Source: Gaiellaceae bacterium
GTDB lineage: Bacteria; Actinomycetota; Thermoleophilia; Gaiellales; Gaiellaceae
Reading direction: 5' to 3'
Assembly: GCA_035764085.1 (NCBI GenBank)
Contig: DASTZY010000082.1
Location: 11,218 to 75,217 of the forward strand
DNA: 64,000 nucleotides
How positions within the stretch are numbered: the stretch's first letter is position 1; each line of letters starts with the position of its first letter. The notes under the pieces are model-generated. The model was not told where the DNA came from. It was given only the letters and a program-made list of their open reading frames with translations, and made no database searches. Positions 43,700 to 53,697 of this stretch are shown here, piece by piece. The position numbers were made by a program, and so were the translations under genes.

Positions 43700-44860
43700 G
43701 TGAACGCCTTCGAGGGCTCGCTCGTCCAGAACGCGATCTACTTCGCGGGCCAGGCCGAGTGGCCGGTCGGGCCGGAGGACTGGGAGGCCGCGGCCGAGTC
43801 GGTCCTCGATGCCGGGGCGTTCGGCTACATCGCCGGCGGGGCCGGCGGCGAGGCGACCATGCGGGCAAACCGCGAGGCATTCGAGCGCCGGCGGCTGCGG
43901 CCGCGCATGCTCGGGGGGAACCTCGTGCGCGACCTCGGCATCGAGGTGCTCGGGACTTCGTCGCCGGCGCCGTTCCTGCTCGCCCCGGTCGGAGTCCTCT
44001 CGATCGCGCATGCGGATGCCGAGATCGGCGCCGCTCGCGGCGCGGCGGCCGCCGGCGTCCCCTTCATCCTCTCGAGCGCGGCGACGAACACGATCGAGGC
44101 GGTCGCCGAGGCGATGGGCGGCGCGCCGCGGTGGTTCCAGCTCTACTGGATCAACGACCGCGAGGTCGCGGCGAGCTTCGTCCGCCGCGCCGAGGCCGCC
44201 GGCTTCTCCGCCGTCGTGGTGACGCTCGACACGCCGACGCTCGGCTGGCGCCCGCGCGACCTGCGGAACGCATACCTCCCCTTCGTCCGAGGCGAGGGAT
44301 GCGGCCAGTTCTTCTCCGATCCGGTCTTCTGCGGCAAGCTCGAGCAGCCGCCGGAGGAGGACATGCTCGCAGCGGCCGCGGCGATGCTCATGACGTTCCC
44401 GAACCTCGGGCTGACGTGGGACGATCTCGCCTGGCTCCGCGAGCAGACGGCCCTGCCGCTGCTCGTCAAGGGCGTGCTGCGCGGAGACGACGCCGAGCGG
44501 GCACGCGAGCGCGGTGTCGACGGCATCGTCGTCTCGAACCACGGCGGCCGCCAGGTCGACGGCGCCGTCGCGTCCCTGGACGCGCTCGTCGAGGTACGCG
44601 AGGCGGTCGGCCCCGGCTATCCCCTGCTCGTGGACGGCGGCATCCGACGCGGCGCCGACGTGATCAAGGCGCTCGCGCTCGGCGCGGATGCAGTGCTGAT
44701 CGGCCGCCTGTACGCGTACGGGCTCGCCGCGGGCGGCTCGGCAGGCGTCGAAGCGGTGATCCGCCAGCTCCTCGCGGAGGTCGATCTCACGCTCGCTCTC
44801 TGCGGGGCTTCCTCCGTACGCGAGCTCGACGCATCACTGCTCGACCGGGGCATCCGTTGA
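43700..44860 (+). CDS. FMN-dependent alpha-hydroxy acid dehydrogenase/oxidase (LldD / lactate monooxygenase family)
   Basis: 386 aa. Motifs WFQLYW, VVTLDTP, VSNHGGRQVD, DGGIRRGADV. Confidence 0.85.
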   Translation: MNAFEGSLVQNAIYFAGQAEWPVGPEDWEAAAESVLDAGAFGYIAGGAGGEATMRANREAFERRRLRPRMLGGNLVRDLGIEVLGTSSPAPFLLAPVGVLSIAHADAEIGAARGAAAAGVPFILSSAATNTIEAVAEAMGGAPRWFQLYWINDREVAASFVRRAEAAGFSAVVVTLDTPTLGWRPRDLRNAYLPFVRGEGCGQFFSDPVFCGKLEQPPEEDMLAAAAAMLMTFPNLGLTWDDLAWLREQTALPLLVKGVLRGDDAERARERGVDGIVVSNHGGRQVDGAVASLDALVEVREAVGPGYPLLVDGGIRRGADVIKALALGADAVLIGRLYAYGLAAGGSAGVEAVIRQLLAEVDLTLALCGASSVRELDASLLDRGIR

Positions 44861-44892
44861 ACCCCCGTTCAACCCGGCGATAGGCTGCCGAC

Positions 44893-46035
44893 GTGGACCT
44901 GCGCGACACGCCGGAGGAGGCGAAGTTTCGCGAGGAGCTCCGTGCGTGGGTCGAGGCGAACCTCCCCGGGGACAAGCGCGGCGGGCGGGGCGGCGCGCAG
45001 CGGTTCGACGATCCGTTCATGCGCGAGTGGAGCCGGTCGCTCTACGAGGCCGGCTACGCGGGGCTGACCTGGCCGAAGGAGTACGGCGGCGCGGGAGCGC
45101 CGCACAGCTTCCAGGCCATCCTCTACGAGGAGCTCGCGGCGGTGCAGGCGCCGACCCACGTCGGCGTGATCGGGCTCAGCATGGCGGGGCCGACGATCGT
45201 CGCGCACGGGACCGAGGAGCAGAAGGCACGCTACCTGAAGCCGATCCTCGCGGCCGAGGAGATCTGGTGCCAGGGCTTCTCCGAGCCGGACGCCGGCTCG
45301 GACCTCGCCGCCGCGCGCACGCGCGCCGAGCGCCGCGGCGACGTCTACGTCGTCAACGGCCAGAAGGTGTGGTCGTCGTTCGCGCACATCGCCGACTTCT
45401 GCATCCTCGTGACGCAGAGCGACCCGGACGCGGAGCGCTACCGCAACCTCACCTACCTGCTGGTGGATATGCACGCACCGGGCGTCGAGGTGCGGCCGCT
45501 GCGCCAGATCACGGGCGAGGCGGAGTTCAACGAGATCTTCTTCAGCGACGTCGAGGTCCCGGTCGAGAACCGTCTGGGCGACGAGGGAGAGGGCTGGCAG
45601 GTGGCGATGACGACACTGCTCCACGAGCGCGCGACGCTCGGGTTCGCGCTCACGGCCACGCTCGACGCCCTGTTCGGCCGGCTGATGGAGGAGGCAGACG
45701 AGCGCGATCCCGCGCCGCACGTACGCGAGGCGCTCGCACGGGAATGGATCGAGCTGCAGGCACTCCGGTACACCAACTACCGCGCGCTCGGCACCTACGA
45801 GCGAACGGGCGTCCCCGGCCCGGAGGGGTCGGGCGTGAAGCTGCGCTGGTCCGAGGCGAACCAGCGGCTGACGAAGCTCGCGCGTGAACTGCGCGGGCAG
45901 GACGGGATCCTCGACGACGGCTGGTGGAACCACCAGCAGCTCCGCAGTCGCGGCAACACGATCGAGGCCGGCACGTCGGAGGTGCTCCGCAACATCATCG
46001 CCGAGCGCGTGCTCGGACTCCCACGCAGTCGATGA
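44893..46035 (+). CDS. Acyl-CoA dehydrogenase family protein (full three-domain, alpha-like subunit)
   Basis: 380 aa. Motifs CQGFSEPDAGSD, VNGQKVWSS, and a C-terminal IEAGTSEVLRNIIAERVLGLP. Confidence 0.85.
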   Translation: MDLRDTPEEAKFREELRAWVEANLPGDKRGGRGGAQRFDDPFMREWSRSLYEAGYAGLTWPKEYGGAGAPHSFQAILYEELAAVQAPTHVGVIGLSMAGPTIVAHGTEEQKARYLKPILAAEEIWCQGFSEPDAGSDLAAARTRAERRGDVYVVNGQKVWSSFAHIADFCILVTQSDPDAERYRNLTYLLVDMHAPGVEVRPLRQITGEAEFNEIFFSDVEVPVENRLGDEGEGWQVAMTTLLHERATLGFALTATLDALFGRLMEEADERDPAPHVREALAREWIELQALRYTNYRALGTYERTGVPGPEGSGVKLRWSEANQRLTKLARELRGQDGILDDGWWNHQQLRSRGNTIEAGTSEVLRNIIAERVLGLPRSR

Positions 46036-46048
46036 AGGGGTCGCGCTG

Positions 46049-46783
46049 ATGGACTTCGCGCTCTCGGAGGATCAGCTCGAGCTGAAGCAGGCCGCGCGCG
46101 CCTGGCTCGCCGACCGCTTCCCGCTCGACCGCGACTGGGACGAGCAGGACGACCGCTGGAGCGAGCTGGAGGAGCTCGGCTGGCTCGACGTCGCGGAGGC
46201 GGGGCTCGGCTTCGTCGAGGAGGCGCTGCTGCTCGAGGAGATGGGCTACGTCTGCTATCCGGGCTTCTATCTCGGACACGTCGCGTCGCTCGCGAGAGAG
46301 GACGACTCAGCCACCGTCGACCCGACGCGCCGCCCCTCGCGTGTCGAGGAGGAGACTCCGCGCTTCCGAGCCGCCTGCGCGGCCGAGGCGCTCGGCGTCG
46401 CGCAGCGGGCCCTCGATCTCGGCGCCGAGCACGCGAAGACGCGCACGCAGTTCGGCAAGCCGATCGGCACGTATCAGGCCGTCTCCCACCCGCTCGCACA
46501 GACGTACACCGACGTGGAGCTCGCCCGCTCGCTCGTCTACTGGGGCGCCTGGTGCGTGGCGGAGAACGACGAGCGCGCACCGGTGGCGGCCGCCGGCGCG
46601 AAGGCCTTCGCCACCGAGGCGGCCGTCGCCGCCTGCGAACGCTCGGTCCAGGTGCACGGCGGGATCGGCTTCACGTGGGAGCACCCGCTGCACCGCTTCT
46701 ACAAGCGCGCGATCTGGCTCGAGGGCTTCGGCCGACGCCCCGCCGAGCTTCGGCTCGAGGTCGCGGAAGCGCTGCTCGCGTAG
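46049..46783 (+). CDS. Short acyl-CoA dehydrogenase-like protein (beta-like; the middle domain appears to be missing)
   Basis: Tail of track ORF 45884..46783, starting at ATG 46049. The N-terminal helical domain joins directly to the C-terminal helical domain (FGKPIGTYQAVSH...VHGGIGFTWEHPLH). No EGT-type catalytic-base motif. Confidence 0.75.
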   Translation: MDFALSEDQLELKQAARAWLADRFPLDRDWDEQDDRWSELEELGWLDVAEAGLGFVEEALLLEEMGYVCYPGFYLGHVASLAREDDSATVDPTRRPSRVEEETPRFRAACAAEALGVAQRALDLGAEHAKTRTQFGKPIGTYQAVSHPLAQTYTDVELARSLVYWGAWCVAENDERAPVAAAGAKAFATEAAVAACERSVQVHGGIGFTWEHPLHRFYKRAIWLEGFGRRPAELRLEVAEALLA

Positions 46784-46787
46784 GAGA

Positions 46788-48398
46788 ATGAGCCGGATGG
46801 AAGGCCTGATGATGGACTTCCCCCTCACGCTGACGCACCTCCTGCGCCGGGCGGAGACGTTCTTCGGCGAGGGCGAGATCGTCACGCGCCTCCCCGACAG
46901 GTCCTTCCACCGCACCAACCACCGCGAGACGCTGCGCCGCGCGCGGCAGCTCGCCGTCGCGCTGCAGAAGGCCGGCCTCGAGCGCGGCGACCGCGTGGCC
47001 ACGCTGTGCTGGAACCACCATCAGCACCACGAGGCGTACTTCGGCGTCCCCTGCGGCGGCTTCGTCCTGCACACGCTCAACCTGCGCCTCCACCCCAACG
47101 ACCTCGCCTACATCGCCCAGCACGCCGGCGACCGCGCCGTGATCGTCGACCGCGCGCTCCTGCCGCTGCTGGAGCAGTTCCGCGACGAGACCTCGATCGA
47201 GCACGTCTGGGTCGTGGAGGACTCGTACGAGGAGCTGCTCGAGACGGCCGATCCGGACGACTGGGAGGACCCGGAGCTCGACGAGCGCGAGGCGGCGGCG
47301 ATGTGTTACACGAGCGGCACGACGGGACGGCCGCGCGGCGTCGTCTACTCGCATCGCTCCTCGGTCCTGCACGCGCTCGGCGTCGGCTCGAACAATCCGC
47401 TCGGGCTCGGCTTCGGAATCGACGACGCCCTGATGCCGGTCGTGCCCATGTTCCACGCGAACGCCTGGGGCTATCCGTACCTCGCCACGATGCAGGGCGC
47501 GAAGCTCGTCTATCCCGGCCCGCACCTCGACCCCGAGAGCCTGCTCGAGAACATGGAACAGGAGCGCGTGTCGTGGGCAGCGGGCGTGCCGACGATCTGG
47601 ATGGGCATCCTCGACCGCCTCGACGCGGAGCCCGGCCGCTGGGATCTCTCCGCGATGAAGGCGATGCTGGTGGGCGGCTCGGCCGTGCCACGGGCGATGA
47701 TCGCCGCCTTCGAGGAGCGGCACGGGCTGCGCATCTGCCAGGGCTGGGGGATGACGGAGACGTCGCCGGTCGCGTCGACGGCGGTCCTTCCCTACGACCT
47801 CGCCGAGGCCGACGCCGAGACGCGCTGGGACTTCCAGGCGATGGTCGGGTTCCCGCTCGCGTTCGTCGAGATCCGCGCTCGCGCCGGCGACGAGGACGTG
47901 CCCTGGGACGGCGAGGCGATGGGAGAGCTCGAGGTGCGCGGGCCGTGGGTCGCGGCGAGCTACTTCGACGCGCCCGAGACCGCGGACCGGTGGTCGGAGG
48001 ACGGCTGGTTCCGCACCGGCGACATCGTCTCGATCCACCCGCGTGGCTTCATCCAGATCAAGGACCGCTCGAAGGACGTGGTCAAGTCCGGCGGCGAGTG
48101 GATCTCGTCCGTCGAGCTCGAGAACGCGCTCATGGCGAACGACGCGGTCGCCGAGGCGGCGGTGATCGCCGTGCCCGACGAGAAGTGGGGCGAGCGGCCG
48201 CTCGCCGTGGTCGTCCTGCGCGAGGGCGCCGCCGCCACGGCGGACGAGCTGCGGGAGTTCCTCGCGCCGAGCTTCGCGAAGTGGTGGATCCCCGACCGGG
48301 TCGAGTTCGTGGACGAGATCCCGAAGACGAGCGTCGGCAAGTTCCGCAAGACGGCCCTGCGCGAGCAGTTCGCGAGCGAGCCGGCCCAGGCGAGTTGA
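46788..48398 (+). CDS. Fatty-acid--CoA ligase (AMP-binding family)
   Basis: Tail of track ORF 46341..48398. Start at ATG 46788 or 46797 (AGGAGA at 46782-46787). AMP motif [12 protein letters not shown], plus GWGMTET and VGKFRK. Confidence 0.9.
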   Translation: MSRMEGLMMDFPLTLTHLLRRAETFFGEGEIVTRLPDRSFHRTNHRETLRRARQLAVALQKAGLERGDRVATLCWNHHQHHEAYFGVPCGGFVLHTLNLRLHPNDLAYIAQHAGDRAVIVDRALLPLLEQFRDETSIEHVWVVEDSYEELLETADPDDWEDPELDEREAAAMCYTSGTTGRPRGVVYSHRSSVLHALGVGSNNPLGLGFGIDDALMPVVPMFHANAWGYPYLATMQGAKLVYPGPHLDPESLLENMEQERVSWAAGVPTIWMGILDRLDAEPGRWDLSAMKAMLVGGSAVPRAMIAAFEERHGLRICQGWGMTETSPVASTAVLPYDLAEADAETRWDFQAMVGFPLAFVEIRARAGDEDVPWDGEAMGELEVRGPWVAASYFDAPETADRWSEDGWFRTGDIVSIHPRGFIQIKDRSKDVVKSGGEWISSVELENALMANDAVAEAAVIAVPDEKWGERPLAVVVLREGAAATADELREFLAPSFAKWWIPDRVEFVDEIPKTSVGKFRKTALREQFASEPAQAS

Positions 48399-49306
48399 GA
48401 GCGGCCGTCCTCCCGGCGGTCGACGCGCCGTTCGAGCTTCGCGACGTCCCCGACCCGGTGCCGCAGGACGGCGAGGCGCTCGTGCAGGTGCGCGCGGCCG
48501 GGATCAACTTCCTCGACGTCCTCATCCGGCGCGGCCGCTATCCGCAGATGCCGGACTTCCCGACGGTGCTCGGCGCCGAGCTCGCCGGCGAGCTCGAGGA
48601 CGGGACGCGCGTGATGGCGCTGCGCACGTCGGGTGCGTACGCCGAGCTCGCGCCCGTTCCGCGCGCGGCGCTGGTGCCGCTGCCGGAGGGCGCGACGTTC
48701 GCCGAGGGCGCGGGCTTCCTCCTCACGTTCCTCACGGCGCACATCCCGCTGACGCGGCAGGTGAGGCTCGCCGACGGCGCGACGGTGCTCGTGCACGCGG
48801 CGGCCGGCGGCGTCGGCACCGCGACGATCCAGGTCGCCCGCGCGCTCGGCGCGCGTGTCGTCGCGGCCGCGGGGTCGCCGGCGAAGCTCGTGCGCTGCCG
48901 CGAGCTCGGTGCCGAGGAGGCGTACGTCTACGACGAGCTGCCGGACGACCTGCGCGTCGACGTCGTCGTCGACCCGGTGGGCGGCGAGCTGTTCGAGGGA
49001 GCGATCGCGCGGCTCCGGCCGCTGGGCCAGCTCGTCGCGATCGGCTACGCGGGCGGGCTCTGGCCCGAGCTGCAGCCGGCCCAGATCGTGGGCCGGAGCG
49101 TCGGCGTGCAGGGGGTGTATCTCGGCAGGCTCCTTCGCCATGCGCCGGACGTCGTGGCCGCGGCGACACGCGAGCTGCTCGAGCTCTGGGGCTCCGGCAA
49201 GATCCGGCCGCTCGTCGGCGCCGAGTTCCCCCTCGACGAGGTCGAGCAGGCGCACGAGCTCGTCGAGTCGAGGCGCAGCGTCGGGAAGGTCGTGCTCCTC
49301 CCGTGA
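48395..49306 (+). CDS. Quinone oxidoreductase / zinc-type alcohol dehydrogenase-like (MDR family)
   Basis: Tail of track ORF 47006..49306. TTG 48395 lies in a TTGA overlap. Nucleotide-binding motif HAAAGGVG and C-terminal SRRSVGKVVL. Confidence 0.8.
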   Translation: MRAAVLPAVDAPFELRDVPDPVPQDGEALVQVRAAGINFLDVLIRRGRYPQMPDFPTVLGAELAGELEDGTRVMALRTSGAYAELAPVPRAALVPLPEGATFAEGAGFLLTFLTAHIPLTRQVRLADGATVLVHAAAGGVGTATIQVARALGARVVAAAGSPAKLVRCRELGAEEAYVYDELPDDLRVDVVVDPVGGELFEGAIARLRPLGQLVAIGYAGGLWPELQPAQIVGRSVGVQGVYLGRLLRHAPDVVAAATRELLELWGSGKIRPLVGAEFPLDEVEQAHELVESRRSVGKVVLLP

Positions 49307-49938
49307 GAGCGATCGTCACCGGCGGCCGCGGCGGGATCGGCACCGCGATCGTCGCGGCTCTGGACGACGCGGAGACCGTGGTGCTCGACCTGCCGGAGTT
49401 CGACGTCGGCGACCCGGATGCGTGGCGGTCGCTCGACGGCGAGTTCGATGCCGCCTTCCTCAACGCCGGGACGAGCACGGGCTTTGCGGACGCAGCCGAC
49501 CTGACGGACGAGGAGTGGCAGCGCATCCTGCGGGCGAACCTCGAGGGCGTCGTCTACGGGACCCGGGAGCTCGCGGCCCGACTAATGCCCGGCGGCGGGT
49601 CGATCGTCGCCACCGCCTCGCTCGCGGGCCTGACGGGGATGCCCGGCGATCCGGCCTACACGGCGACGAAGCACGCCGTGGTCGGCTGGGTCCGGTCGGC
49701 GGCGCCGGCCCTCGCGGAGCGCGGCATCCGGCTCAACGCGCTCTGTCCGGGCTTCGCCGACACGCCGCTCGTCGACGCGGAGCTGCGAGACCGGATCGAC
49801 GTCCCGCTGCTGGAGCCTGCGTTCGTGGCGGAGGCAGCGCTTCGAGTGATGGAGGACGCGGAGACGGGGCGCGCCTGGGTCGTGCAGCCGAACCGCGTGG
49901 AGCCGTTCCGCTTCCCCGGCGTCCCGGGACCGCGATGA
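49303..49938 (+). CDS. Short-chain dehydrogenase/reductase
   Basis: GTG 49303 lies in a GTGA overlap. Motifs TGGRGGIG, NAG, and YTATK (YxxxK). Confidence 0.85.
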   Translation: MRAIVTGGRGGIGTAIVAALDDAETVVLDLPEFDVGDPDAWRSLDGEFDAAFLNAGTSTGFADAADLTDEEWQRILRANLEGVVYGTRELAARLMPGGGSIVATASLAGLTGMPGDPAYTATKHAVVGWVRSAAPALAERGIRLNALCPGFADTPLVDAELRDRIDVPLLEPAFVAEAALRVMEDAETGRAWVVQPNRVEPFRFPGVPGPR

Positions 49939-50363
49939 GCCCGCGCTCGCGCAAGCCGTGGGGCGAGCACCCGCCGCCCGACCCGCACGTCTGGAACACG
50001 CTCGCGTACCGCGGCCTCGCGCAGGCGGACGGCGAGGCGGTGATCGAGTGGGACGCGCCGGTGGAGTACTGCTTCCACTCGCCGAGCGGGCCGATCGTCC
50101 ACGGCGGCATGGTCGCGGCGCTCCTCGACACGGCGATGGGCGGCGCCTGCTGGACGTTGATGGCCGAGGACGAGGACTTCCTCACCGCCGACCTGCGCAC
50201 CGAGTTCCACCGCTCCGCGCGGCCCGGGATCCTGCGGGCGGAGGGCCGCGTCGTGCAGCGCAACCGGCGCGTCGTCTTCTGCGCCGCGGAGCTCTTTCAG
50301 GAGGACCAGCTGATCGCAAGCGCCCGCTGCACGCAAATCGTGCGGCGGGATCAGAGCGCCTAG
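49935..50363 (+). CDS. PaaI-family hotdog-fold thioesterase
   Basis: Tail of track ORF 48855..50363. ATG 49935 lies in an ATGA overlap. The core GPIVHGGMVAALLDTAMG is typical of PaaI. Confidence 0.75.
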   Translation: MSPRSRKPWGEHPPPDPHVWNTLAYRGLAQADGEAVIEWDAPVEYCFHSPSGPIVHGGMVAALLDTAMGGACWTLMAEDEDFLTADLRTEFHRSARPGILRAEGRVVQRNRRVVFCAAELFQEDQLIASARCTQIVRRDQSA

Positions 50364-50450
50364 GAGCGATCTGGTCTGGCGGTCGAGCAGCCGTCATTAT
50401 CGGCGCATGACCTGTGCCATCGTCCTGCCGAGTAAACCCCTCGATCGCGG

Positions 50451-51410
50451 ATGAGAGCGGTCGTCCACGATCAGTACGGCCCTCCGGAGGTTCTGCGCAT
50501 CGACGAGGTCGAGAGGCCGGCACCGAAGGAGGGCGAAGTGCTGGTTCGGGTCCACGCCTCGACGGTGACGCGCGGGGATGCCATGGGCGTTCGCAGCGAC
50601 CACTACAGATTCGCCCGTGTCTTCACCGGCATCCGCCGACCCAGACGAACGGTCTTCGGTACCGAGTTCGCCGGACAGGTCGAGGCTGTCGGGGCCGGCG
50701 CGAGCGAGTTCGCGACCGGCGAAGACGTGTTCGGCGTTCAAGGCGGCGCGAGTGCCGAGTACGTCACCGTGCCCGAAAGCGGTGTGATCGCGGCGAAGCC
50801 GTCGGGACTGACGTACGAAGAGGCGGCAGCCATCCCCGATGGCTCGCTGCTCGCGTTGACGATGCTGCGGCCGCTGGAGCCGTTGCGTGGGAAGCGCGTT
50901 CTCGTCTACGGCGCTGCCGGCTCGATTGGCACAGCTGCGGTCCAGCTTCTCGTGCACCATTTCGAGGCCGATGTGACGGCCGTCTGCGACACCAAAGACG
51001 TCGAGCTCGTGCGCTCGCTCGGAGCACTATGCGTCCTCGATCGCTTCCATGAGGACTTCACCAAGAACGGCGAGACGTACGACGTGATCTTCGACGCCGT
51101 CGGCAAGCACTCATTCCGCCGCTGCCGGCGTTCCCTCAGTTCCGGTGGGGTCTACGTGACGACGGACCTGGGCTTCATGTACCACGTGCTGCTAGCGGCG
51201 CTCGTCACGCGACTGGTTGGACGGAGGCGAGCGAAGCTCGGCATCGGGCGCTATCGCAAGGAGGATCTGATCCTCGTCAGGCAGCTCGTCGACGCGGGGA
51301 AATACCGGCCCGTGATCGACCGGAGATACCTGGTCGACGAAATCGTCGAGGCCACGCGCTACGTCGAGAGCGGCCAGAAGGCAGGCACCGTCGTGCTCCG
51401 CGTCCCGTGA
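50451..51410 (+). CDS. NAD(P)-dependent MDR-family oxidoreductase (compositionally atypical gene)
   Basis: 319 aa. Motif VYGAAGSIG and C-terminal SGQKAGTVVL. Many codons that are rare elsewhere in the window (AGA, AGG, CTA, GGA, AAA, GAT). Confidence 0.8.
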   Translation: MRAVVHDQYGPPEVLRIDEVERPAPKEGEVLVRVHASTVTRGDAMGVRSDHYRFARVFTGIRRPRRTVFGTEFAGQVEAVGAGASEFATGEDVFGVQGGASAEYVTVPESGVIAAKPSGLTYEEAAAIPDGSLLALTMLRPLEPLRGKRVLVYGAAGSIGTAAVQLLVHHFEADVTAVCDTKDVELVRSLGALCVLDRFHEDFTKNGETYDVIFDAVGKHSFRRCRRSLSSGGVYVTTDLGFMYHVLLAALVTRLVGRRRAKLGIGRYRKEDLILVRQLVDAGKYRPVIDRRYLVDEIVEATRYVESGQKAGTVVLRVP

Positions 51411-51431
51411 CCTAAGCGCGTGGCCACGCGG

Positions 51432-51959
51432 CTAGACGGTGTAGGCCCAGCCCGGCTGCCAGGTGAAAGGCTCCCCTACGAGGTCCTCGAGCTTCCTGCC
51501 GTTCGCGGCAACCTCGAGACCGAGCCGCGTTGCGCTGTGGCCGATCACGAGCACCCGCTCACCGTCACGCTCGCGCCGCAACTCGTCGAGGAAGCCCGCC
51601 ACCCGCTCGACCGCCTGCCGCCAGCTCTCGCCGCCGGGATAGGGGACGTCGATGTGTGTCGCGCGATCGAGCAGCGGCTCGGCCGTGCCGTTCAGCTCGC
51701 CGTAGTCGCACTCGCGGAGCCGCGCGTCCCGGAAGAGCGGAAGCGGCGAGCCCGCGAAGGCGATCTCCGCCGTCTCGACCGCGCGGCGCAGATCCGACGT
51801 GAAGACGACCGAGAGCCCGTCGTGGCGGCGCCGCTCGCCGAGCTCCCGTGCCTGCTCGCGTCCCACCGCCGAGAGACGTCCGGGGAGCCACCCCGTCGCG
51901 ATCCCGGCCTCGTTGTCCTCGCTCGTGGAGTGCGTCTCGAAGACGACCTCGACGCTCAC
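51432..51959 (-). CDS. Histidine-phosphatase-superfamily protein (variant N-terminal motif)
   Basis: Tail of track ORF 51432..52439. GTG 51959 lies in a GTGA overlap. ETHSTSEDN stands in place of RHGxxxxN. Second His in VIGHSATR. Confidence 0.6.
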   Translation of the reverse strand: MSVEVVFETHSTSEDNEAGIATGWLPGRLSAVGREQARELGERRRHDGLSVVFTSDLRRAVETAEIAFAGSPLPLFRDARLRECDYGELNGTAEPLLDRATHIDVPYPGGESWRQAVERVAGFLDELRRERDGERVLVIGHSATRLGLEVAANGRKLEDLVGEPFTWQPGWAYTV

Positions 51960-52498
51960 TCCCGCCAGCCGAGCCGCCGTTCGATGCTCGCCTTCGCCTC
52001 GGGCCAGTCGTCGTCGATCACCGCGTACCACGCCGAGTCGCGACGCTCGCCCCCGCGGACGAGCTGATGCTTGCGGGCTACGCCCTCGAACGTCGCACCC
52101 ACCTTCTCGAGCGCGGGACGCGAGCGCTCGTTCAGGGCGTCGGTCTTGAACTCGACCCGGAGGTAGCCCTCGTCCTCGAACGCGTGCCGCAGCAGCAGGT
52201 ACTTCGCCTCGGTGTTCGCGTCCGTCCCCCACGCCCGCGGGTTGAGCCACGTGTTGCCGATCTCGACCACGCGGTCGTCGGGCCGGTCGTTGAGGAAGCT
52301 CGTGTGACCGACGAGCTCGTCGTCGAGGTAGTGCAGGAAGCCCATGTCGACGGACTCGAAGAAGCGCCGGAACTCGTCCCGCTCGTGGCCGTTGAAGCGC
52401 ATCCAGCGCCAGGTGCGCGGATCCTGCGCGACCGCCCACAGCGCCTCCTCGTGCCGCGCCTCGAGCGGCTCGAGCCGGACGCGCCGGCCCTCGAGCAT
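51956..52498 (-). CDS. GNAT-family N-acetyltransferase (RimJ/RimL-like)
   Basis: Tail of track ORF 51956..54589. ATG 52498 shares 1 nt with the upstream stop. VRLEPLEARHEEAL, EIGNTWL, and the ALEKVGATFEGVAR pattern. Confidence 0.75.
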   Translation of the reverse strand: MLEGRRVRLEPLEARHEEALWAVAQDPRTWRWMRFNGHERDEFRRFFESVDMGFLHYLDDELVGHTSFLNDRPDDRVVEIGNTWLNPRAWGTDANTEAKYLLLRHAFEDEGYLRVEFKTDALNERSRPALEKVGATFEGVARKHQLVRGGERRDSAWYAVIDDDWPEAKASIERRLGWRE

Positions 52499-53697
52499 CA
52501 CGTGAAGCGCCAGCCGTCCCCCTCCGCGAACGAGCGCAGGATGCGCCGCGCGACGACCGCCTTGTGCACTTCGTCGGGCCCGTCGTAGACCCTGCCGCTG
52601 CGCGCCATCCGCCACATGAGCGCGAGCGGCGTGTCGTCGGTGAGGCCGAGCCCGCCGTGCACTTGGATCGCGCGGTCGATCACCTCGCCGAGCACGCGCG
52701 CCGCGAAGAACTTGATCAGGGAGATCTCGACGCGCGCTTCGTCCCCCTCGTCGAGGCGATGCGCGGCGGCGACCGTCATGAGCCGGCACGCCTGGATGTC
52801 GGCGGCCGACTCCGCGATCCAGTTCTGGACGGTCTGCTTCTCGGCGAGCGGTCCGTCGAACGCCTCCCGCTCGAGCGCCCGCGCGCACATCAGCTCGAAC
52901 GCGCGCTCCATCTGTCCGAGCCAGCGCATGACGTGGTGGATGCGCCCCGGCCCGAGGCGCTTCTGCGCGAGCCGGAAGCCGTCGCCGGGCTCGCCGAGCG
53001 TGTTCGCCAGCGGCACGCGGACTCCGGTGAATCGCGTCTCGCAGTGCGTCCCCCAGCCGCGGCCCTCGTGCCCCATCACCGGGATGCGACGCACGAGGTC
53101 GTAGCCGGGCGTGTCGGTCGGGACGAGGATCATCGAGGCGCGCCGGTGCGGCTCGGCCTCGGGCTCGGTCACGACCATCACGATCCCGAACGCGGCGCCG
53201 TCGGCTCCCGAGGAGAACCACTTGTGCGCGTCGATCACCCACTCGTCGCCGTCCCGCTCGGCCCGGCCGCGCAACAGCGTCGGGTCGGAGCCGGACACCT
53301 CCGGCTCGGTCATGCCGAAGAAGGAGCGCACCTCGCCGGCGACGAGCGGGCGGAGGAACCGCTCCTTCTGCTCGTCGGTACCGAAGAGGTGGAGGATCTC
53401 CGCGTTGCCAGCGTCGGGTGCCTGGCAGCCGAAGATCAGCTGCGCGACGAAGCTGCGCCCGATCTCCTCGTTCAGGTGCGCGTACTCGAGGAAGCCGCTG
53501 CCCGAGCCGCCCGCCTCCGGCGGCAGGTGCGGCGCCCAGAGGCCGGCGTCCTTCGCCTTCTGCTGCAGGTCGCGCACGAGCGCGTCGGCCGTGTCGTCCT
53601 CCCGAGTCAGCGCCTGCTCGTTCGGATAGACGTGCTCCTCCATGAACGCGCGTGCGCGCTCGCGCCGGTCGGTCACAGCGGCGATGATCGCAGACAT
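52498..53697 (-). CDS. Acyl-CoA dehydrogenase, FadE2/ACAD10-11-like subfamily
   Basis: Tail of track ORF 52498..54003, starting at ATG 53697. FMEEHVYPNE, FGMTEPEVSGSD, and C-terminal YDGPDEVH. Confidence 0.85.
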   Translation of the reverse strand: MSAIIAAVTDRRERARAFMEEHVYPNEQALTREDDTADALVRDLQQKAKDAGLWAPHLPPEAGGSGSGFLEYAHLNEEIGRSFVAQLIFGCQAPDAGNAEILHLFGTDEQKERFLRPLVAGEVRSFFGMTEPEVSGSDPTLLRGRAERDGDEWVIDAHKWFSSGADGAAFGIVMVVTEPEAEPHRRASMILVPTDTPGYDLVRRIPVMGHEGRGWGTHCETRFTGVRVPLANTLGEPGDGFRLAQKRLGPGRIHHVMRWLGQMERAFELMCARALEREAFDGPLAEKQTVQNWIAESAADIQACRLMTVAAAHRLDEGDEARVEISLIKFFAARVLGEVIDRAIQVHGGLGLTDDTPLALMWRMARSGRVYDGPDEVHKAVVARRILRSFAEGDGWRFT

